A DNA stretch of 64,000 nt from Eledone cirrhosa (taxonomy: Eukaryota). The notes under the pieces were generated by a model that ran no database searches, had not been told where the DNA came from, and saw only the letters and a list, made by a program, of their open reading frames with translations. The position numbers and the translations under genes were made by a program. The DNA is taken from contig OZ024740.1 of the NCBI GenBank assembly GCA_964016885.1, forward strand, positions 115,878,001 to 115,942,000, given 5' to 3'. This document shows positions 55,787-64,000 of the stretch, one piece after another; position 1 is the stretch's first letter, and each line of letters begins with the position of its first letter.

Positions 55787-57492
55787 ATATATATATATAT
55801 ATATATTTGAACGTGTCTGCGTGTGCATGTGTATGTGTTTAGGTGTGTGCGTACACATTTATATACATTTCGAAACACACACACGTACACATATACTCAC
55901 ACATTATGTTGCCGCCATTCTGCGAAGCTCAGGTATTTTATACAATAACTAAACATTCTACAGAATGTATAAAACTTCAAAGCAAGTTATTAAATACGTG
56001 TTTTTTGTTCTAACTTTATATATTTCACCTAGGTAATCTACAGAATGCCTAGGAAATATATACAGATGATATTATTTTATACCTCGCTTTGAAGTTTTAG
56101 GCATTCTCTTGAATGTTTAGGTGTTCTATACAATGTCGGGTTTTCCACACTGCCAGTAACATATATATATATTAATTAGCAGTAATACTAACACAGAGTG
56201 ATTCAGAATAGAGTAATATATAGAAGCATATATAATATGTTTATGTATAATAAATATATATGTTTCACTATGGCTATTTTAAGCTGTGATCATGTCACAG
56301 ATATCTCAGTTGCCGTGTGAGAACGACAAACATTAGTGTTTCTATATTTTTATCCATTTTCAATGACATCTATTTACTTGATACTGAGGCAAAATAAGCT
56401 ATAACTTATGTAGATTGATACATTTAAGGCTATACTCATTTGAATATAATGATGGGCTGGTATTAATTAGTAGTGGATTGGCAGTATCGGTAGAGGGTCG
56501 GACGCCATGCTTTGCAGCAAAGAGTTACGACCCTTTATGGTCTTTTATACAGGTGGGTGTGTTATCTCTAGCACTACATATCACCAATCATTATATCCCG
56601 AGTTCAAATCCCGCCGAGGTTATGTTTGCCTTTCATCCTTACGGGGTCGATAAAATAAAGTACCAGTAATACACTGGGATAATTGCTGGCCTTGTGCCAA
56701 AAGTAGAAATAATTAATTAGTAGTAGCACTAATACAATGTGATTCATAATAGAGGCGTATATGAAAGCATATATAATAAACATACATACGTATGCTGTGA
56801 TCATATTACAACTACCTCATTAACTATATGAGAACATATATCTGAACTGTATATATACATATGCATTTATCGAATATTTGAGGGAAGACAATTTTACAGA
56901 CACAGATCACCATTAATATCCATTGACTCTATTTTTTTTTATTGTGGACACAACATAAACGAATGGTTAAGTAATTCGCTTCGTGATCTTTAGGTCCCGG
57001 GTTCGATCTCACTGCCTGGCATTTAAGCAAGTCATTTACCATAGCTACGGTCGACCTATGTTTTGTGAGTGAAATTTGGTTGACGGAAACTGTTTGGAAG
57101 CCCGTTGGATGGACTGTATCAGTAATTCAACGTGCCAACCTTGTCAAACACTATTTCACGTTCAAACAACACGAGAATTATATTAAGCGTACACGTATTT
57201 TGTGGAATGCTCGGTCATATATGTCAATTCAATAAGCAGGCTGTTCCGTTGATAAAACACCAGGAATACTAATCGTCGAAACCGACGGAGGAGCATTATT
57301 CATTTATACCCAATTGTCTTATTTATTACATTCATTATATTTCGATAAAAATTGAATGGAAATGTATTAAGTATATATGTCTAATATAAACGAAGCCACT
57401 ATTCACACTCACATATATAAATAGACACACACACACAGACATATATGTAGTTGTAGTACCTTATATAAGTATGTACACACACACACACAAAC

Positions 57493-57560
<68 letters not shown>

Positions 57561-58595
57561 CGGATAGAGAAAAGAGTCAAGGTTTATGTAAATGTTAATT
57601 TGTTGTTAAGGTTTTTCTTGAAATTTTGTGCCGAAGGGTATACCAATATTCAAGAAATTTCTGTTAATAAAGACTGAGAATTAATATTAAATTACTGAAT
57701 ATTGAAATCAACTAATTGAAACGGTTCCACAGCGGTAATGAAAATTAGGTCAGGAATTATATCACCGAGAACGTTCTGTCACAGAACGGTACTAAACAGC
57801 ATCACCCCTGACGAAACGTGTTGGACTTCCATCAGTTCCAACGTCAGATGTTCTAGCTGCTTTTAACAACGAAGCAACCTACTCCTGAAATTAACGTGTG
57901 AGTGGCTGAGCATTTCACAAACATGTGTCCCTATTTAACGTAGTTCTCTGGGAGAATTTTAAAATTGATTTATTTGAAATAATGGCGACCAAAATCTTCT
58001 GAGTGAAATTTGGTAGATAGAAACTGCATGGAAGCCAGAATTGCTAGGAAATATTCTTGTTCTTGGGTGCTAGAATTAATCAATCACCATGTTTAACACC
58101 ACTCACTGAGACATATGGGTTACTAAAAGTCTCCGCACTTTTGCAAGCATTCAGGCCAAATCTTTGTTTGAGGATAACTTCCTCCCCTCTTCCACACAGT
58201 ATCGGAAGACTTTAAAAGGTTATGGGTGCTGCCCTTCCTTTTCTGACTAAGCCATTCGAAATGAAATTAACAGCCAACTGAAAATCAACCAAAATATTGT
58301 GTTTCATAATCGGCTCTGGCATTCTCCTTTGTTCTAACAGAGAAAGAGGTTAAAGGTAGAGAGAACTACAGGTGAAAATATTTAATTATTGTGGTTTATA
58401 GTTTCATTTGATGTGATTGATAAACTCCGTATCTTAGTAGCTGATATATTCCATTGAACTTGCTGACACAACACTGAAACATTGAATTATTGTCCAAAAT
58501 ATATTACACATATATTTATAACTATATCTTAACAATGAGGTTGCTAAGTGCTCTTTATTGAACACACACACGCACACACACACATACATACATGC

Positions 58596-58626
<31 letters not shown>

Positions 58627-58823
58627 TATAAAGATCCCATAACTCCTCGTGGAGTGGTAGAGACGATGTCATACGGTGTCTCTAGAGCACATTTAAACCT
58701 GGCGGAGCCCAACCCTCTCCAGGTCTGAACACAGTCGACTTTTCCTATAGAGGAAGAATCAACCCCAGTACTAGACTGGTCGTTTTTTTATCGACCTCGA
58801 AAGGATGAAAGGCAAAGTTCACA

Positions 58824-58978
<155 letters not shown>

Positions 58979-59499
58979 CATACATATATATTATATATGT
59001 ATATATATGCACACACATAAAAAAGGATATTGTACTTCTTTAGAAGATGAAAAATATTTTTAGTCAAAATATATTAGTGCAAAAACTTAGCATTTCATCC
59101 TTCCAGGGTCGATAAAATAAAGTAGCAGTGAATTTGGAGGATGCATCTCTGTCCACATTTTTCCAACCCCAGGAATACTTTACACGATTTATTATTTATG
59201 GATCTCAACTATTATTATAGTTATCTGCTTGGCTATATTTTCAAATTAAGAATTTCCAAATGTTTCATAAGTTAACCAAATTTTACTCACATTTCTAGCT
59301 TTATGTTTAAATCTTCTAAAACGAATATGCAAGGCAAAACTAAGTAAGGTTATAAGGAAAAATCTAAGTAGTACATAATGTCTAATATGTTTCAGAAAAA
59401 TATGTGAAGTGTCTCCGTGTAAAATTGAATGTTGTGTCCTTGATTTTTCAGAAATGAAATTCTCGGTTATAATTTAAATTTCGATAATATTGGAATGTT

Positions 59500-61400
59500 T
59501 TGTTGGATAATGAACCTTTCTGCCACTTCTCGTAGCAACAGTCTTGTAATCTTACTGGATATCTAAGTTGGGACATAAAGCATAGTTATGCCATCATTTT
59601 TTTCTGGAATGTTTCTGAAAATGAATGATTAACGTATGCTTTTTTTTTAAAATCTCTCAACATATATAGCCACTTTATGCCCATTAACATCAAATAAGAA
59701 CTGTTTTGGTTGGGTTCTTATCACAGGAAAAGGGCCCATGTGTGGTATTTCTAGACGCTTTCGAATACAGACCAATTTAGATAGTCTGCGGGTAAATAAC
59801 TGTTGACTGTCTGCTGAAATGGAGCTCATTCGTTAATTGCGACATATACATACATATTTATTAGCGGTAGCACTAACATAGCTTGATTCAAAATAAAGCT
59901 GTTGAGATTGTATTTGCTTTTGGAATATCACTAGGTTCAAAAGGAATTTGGTTGTAAGCTCGAATACGATCGATCTTAGAAAAAATATTGGCTCACGTCA
60001 GTGAAGAAAATTCCTGAATTTGTAGAATAGGTACAAATCTGGAATAATGTGAGAATTTAACATGCGATAATTACTAAAAGGGTGCCAGTCACCAGAATCT
60101 CTCTTAGAAATCTGCAAAGTAGAATGCCAATTTTCAGATGAAAGACGAATTATACCTAGTTCTAACATGCAATTTAATTCTAGTTTAGCTATATTTAAAC
60201 GATTTGGCGCTAATTTCCGTGATTTGGAAGAAAACGACAGGTGTTATATTATGGTGCAAGCCCCTGTTCACAATAATTTGTTCAGCTATATCTGCAAATT
60301 CCTGAAGTAATGATTAAAATTTGTTTGTTGAAGGATTAGTAATAACAAGTCTAATCCTAATATTTCTGGCAAAACTCCACAAATGAAAATTTTAGTTGTA
60401 CTGTCAGCTAATCGAAGGTTTATCCTACATTCTAAAATATCAAAGTTATGAAGAGAATCAGCACCAAGTATTAGCAGAGTTACTTCTACTGCTATGAATA
60501 CCCACTGGAAAACTCGCTGCAATCCAAAATTTAAAGTTAAAAACTTTCACAACGTAGTGATAAAAGAATTCTCCTCTGCTTTTACTTACTTGTACTTATG
60601 TCGACATTCACCCTGGACGGGTTGAGCCGGTTTCTTCCCTTGTCCTGATGGCATCCCGAACCATGGCAGCCCACGCACGACGGTGCCGGGATAGGTCACT
60701 GGAGATAGCGAGCCAGTCACGGTTCCATCAGCACAGGCCGACCACCTGCGGACCTGAGAGTTCGGAGAGGTCCTCCTTGATCGTCGTTGCCCAGGTATTC
60801 AGCTGCCCGCCAACGCGCTTGGTCCTGTTAGGGAGTGGAGGCGAGAGGAGAACATCGCGGACCAAACCATCTCAAGCGCCTCTGCTTTTAAAGTAATATT
60901 CATTGGGCGCCTATCTCAAGAAGGAGCATAGTAAAATACACAACTCCGCTTTCGTGTTCATGAGGATTTTAACCAAAAACGAGAAAAAAAGCGACTTCTT
61001 GACGAAAACTGTCAAATTTGCATCTTCGCTGGTAGTCTTCACTTTTGAGCCATTAGAATCTTATTGAAAACAATATGGTAATATGCAACATTGAGCTCTA
61101 GCAATCAAATTGTAATGACACCATCACTTCAAACCAAAATATTTTATTGAAGGGCTAGTACTGTTTTCCCCTGCATGATATATTCTTCTACTCAACGAAC
61201 AAGACCTATGTCCATTTAATTTAAAATATTGTCTTTGCTTAGAAAGTAACTAAATCAATTTTGTCAAATTTGCCGCAAGTTTCCTATATTCACTTAATTT
61301 CGCAACTAAATTACTACATGATGAACTATGGACACAAACATTTTGTAACATACCCGAAACGTTTTAGACATTATTTGCTGATCAATAGAACTGTGTGTTT
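59500..61400 (-). mobile_element. highly decayed Gypsy/Ty3 LTR retrotransposon internal region
   Basis: protease-like ILMNTKAELCIL..FQWVFIAVEVTLLILGADSL..RLADSTT; integrase C-terminal GPFPVI..FLFDVNGHKVAIYVERF; gag-like WCHYNLIARAQCC. Confidence 0.7.
60585..60878 (-). mobile_element. 5'-truncated RTE LINE 3' end with 12-bp target site duplication
   Basis: GGQLNTWATTIKEDL..RRAWAAMVRDA; (caagta)-like tail; TSD cctctgctttta at 60573-60584 and 60879-60890. Confidence 0.85.
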
Positions 61401-61680
61401 TAGCTGATGCCAGTATCAGGCGATATAAAGAGTGGAATAATTATAGAATCCTCTTAGGTATCCCTCACCAATAATTCTCGTAATATGCCTAATACCATAA
61501 ACGTGGTTTTGTCTTTGCGTGTAATTGTTCTCAACGGTCCACATAACGACGTATTATCTTCGCTTTTTTCCGTTCATTGCCAGGGAACGTCTTCACGAAC
61601 CAAAGTATCGTCTTCCTGTTTTCCTTCGGTTGCAACGTTTTTCGAAATATTTACTTCTGGGTTCACAGATTGATGTTTTT

Positions 61681-61731
61681 AGTTTCAGAAGATCCCGTTA
61701 AGGGTGAAAGCAGCGATTCTTTGCTTAAACT
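61681..61731 (+). ncRNA. hammerhead-like ribozyme with variant core (family C)
   Basis: agttt-CAGAAGA-tccc gttaa gggt-GAAA-gca..tgc-TT-aaact. Confidence 0.6.
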
Positions 61732-61838
61732 TGAATCTGTTATTTTAATAAATATTTGCTCTAGGGTTCTTATATATTTGATATAGATTTATCCTTATCG
61801 ATCCCTCTTTGGATTTTAGTCTTCAAATCTATTATTAT

Positions 61839-61944
<106 letters not shown>

Positions 61945-62243
61945 ATGTGTGTTTGTGTGTAGAAAAATAGAGAGTTAGAAAATGAACTGTACATATAGTT
62001 GATGTTGCTATAAATATCTTATTAAATCGGATAAAAACTCCATATAGACGGAAACAATTTAGACGATCCAAACGGAGCAAACAAACAATTTCCGATCTTC
62101 AGATATCTATTCTAAACGTGAATATCCAAGGATATCAGAGATATCAAAGGGAATTTGAGTTTTCAGTATCTTAAATATGGTAACTGAGAATGCTCATAAT
62201 ATACATCAGCCACTGGGAAAATTATCATAGCAGCTGGTTGGAG

Positions 62244-62890
<647 letters not shown>

Positions 62891-63514
62891 ATGTTATTCA
62901 GTAGTTTAGACGATAAAGCAAAATAGATGTGCTCCAAATGTTGATACGAAACAAACATATTCAGTGTCTCGCCTTCTCAGTTTTTAGCAGGAGATATGGA
63001 GGATGGTGGCAGTTTTACCTCTTTTTCTTATTTTAATTGGTATGATTGGTTAAAAAAGAAAGAACAGCAATACCACCAGCAGCAGCAACAATAACAATAA
63101 TTGTTTCTACTTTTGGCACAAGGCCAGTAATTACCCAGTGTATTACTCGTGCTTTATTTTATCGACCCCGTAAGGATGAAAGGCAAAGTTAATTTCGGCG
63201 GGATTTGAACTCAGAACGTAACGGGCCATACCTCTATGCTGCAAAGCATGGTGTCCGACGCTCTACCGATAGTAATAACTATAATAACATCATCAACAGT
63301 AACAACTACAATAATAATGATTTCTAGTATAGGCACAAGGCCAGTAATTTTTTTTGGGGGGGGTCGATTAAATCGTCTCCAGTACGTTACTGGTGCTTTA
63401 TTTTATCGACCCCATAAGGATGAAAAGCAAAGTTAACCTCGGCGGGATTTGAACTCAGACCGTAAAGGACCGTAACTCTATGCTGCAAAGCATAGCGTCC
63501 GACGCTCTACTGAT

Positions 63515-63941
63515 ACTAATAACTATAATAACATCATCAACAGTAACAACTACAATAATAACAACAACAACAACAACAGCAACAACAACAACAATAACAA
63601 CAACAACACAACAACAACAGCAACAACAACAATAACAACAACAACACAACAACAACAGCAACAGCAACAACAGTAACAGCAACAACAGTAGCAACAACAA
63701 CAGTAACAGCAACAACAGTAACAACAACCATAGTAACAACCACAACAGTAACAGCAACAACAGTAACAACAACCATAGTAACAACCACAACAGTAACAAC
63801 AACAACAGTAGCAACAACAACAGTAACAACAACATCAGTAACAACAACAACAGTAACAACAACAACAGTAACAACAACAGTAGCAACAACAGCAGTAACA
63901 GCAACAACAGTAACAACAACCATAGTAACAACCACAACAGT

Positions 63942-63974
<33 letters not shown>

Positions 63975-63975
63975 A
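63515..63975. repeat. (CAA)n/(CAGTAA)-type compound repeat
   Basis: direct inspection. Confidence 0.95.
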
Positions 63976-64000
63976 AAAACGATATCAAACAACCAAAAGA

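Noticed and set aside
57805-57825. CTGACGAAAC resembling a collapsed hammerhead core
   Set aside because: No helix II and only 2 bp of helix I.
62020-62110. Minus-strand CTGAAGA followed by a tcgga/tccga stem
   Set aside because: The GAAA half-core and helix I partner are missing; at most a decayed remnant.

Overview
Repeat-saturated animal genomic DNA, most likely an octopus/coleoid cephalopod (inferred from the SINE complement and the extreme (TA)n/(CA)n/(GATA)n content). I see no intact host protein-coding gene, and most entries in the ORF track are microsatellite artefacts. Positions 1-12.3 kb hold three head-to-tail, minus-strand Tx1/L1-clade LINEs separated by (GATA)n tracts. The rest contains tRNA-derived SINEs, RTE fragments, a decayed Gypsy element, a probable split GPCR pseudogene, and a Penelope-like element (RT + GIY-YIG, Naiad-like) at 48.7-50.8 kb lying at the centre of a ~2.5-2.9 kb inverted duplication. 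The main hidden signal is a dense set of short (150-750 nt) non-coding modules embedded in (TA)n tracts, from roughly ten sequence-unrelated families. Most carry a type I hammerhead ribozyme, usually the minimal form with a palindromic helix III. They are built either as foldback palindromes with a one-sided tail, or as monomer-plus-partial direct repeats. One of the latter starts 2 nt from its own predicted ribozyme cleavage site, which resembles a retrozyme/circular-RNA intermediate. All structures were read by eye; no folding, alignment or database search was run.
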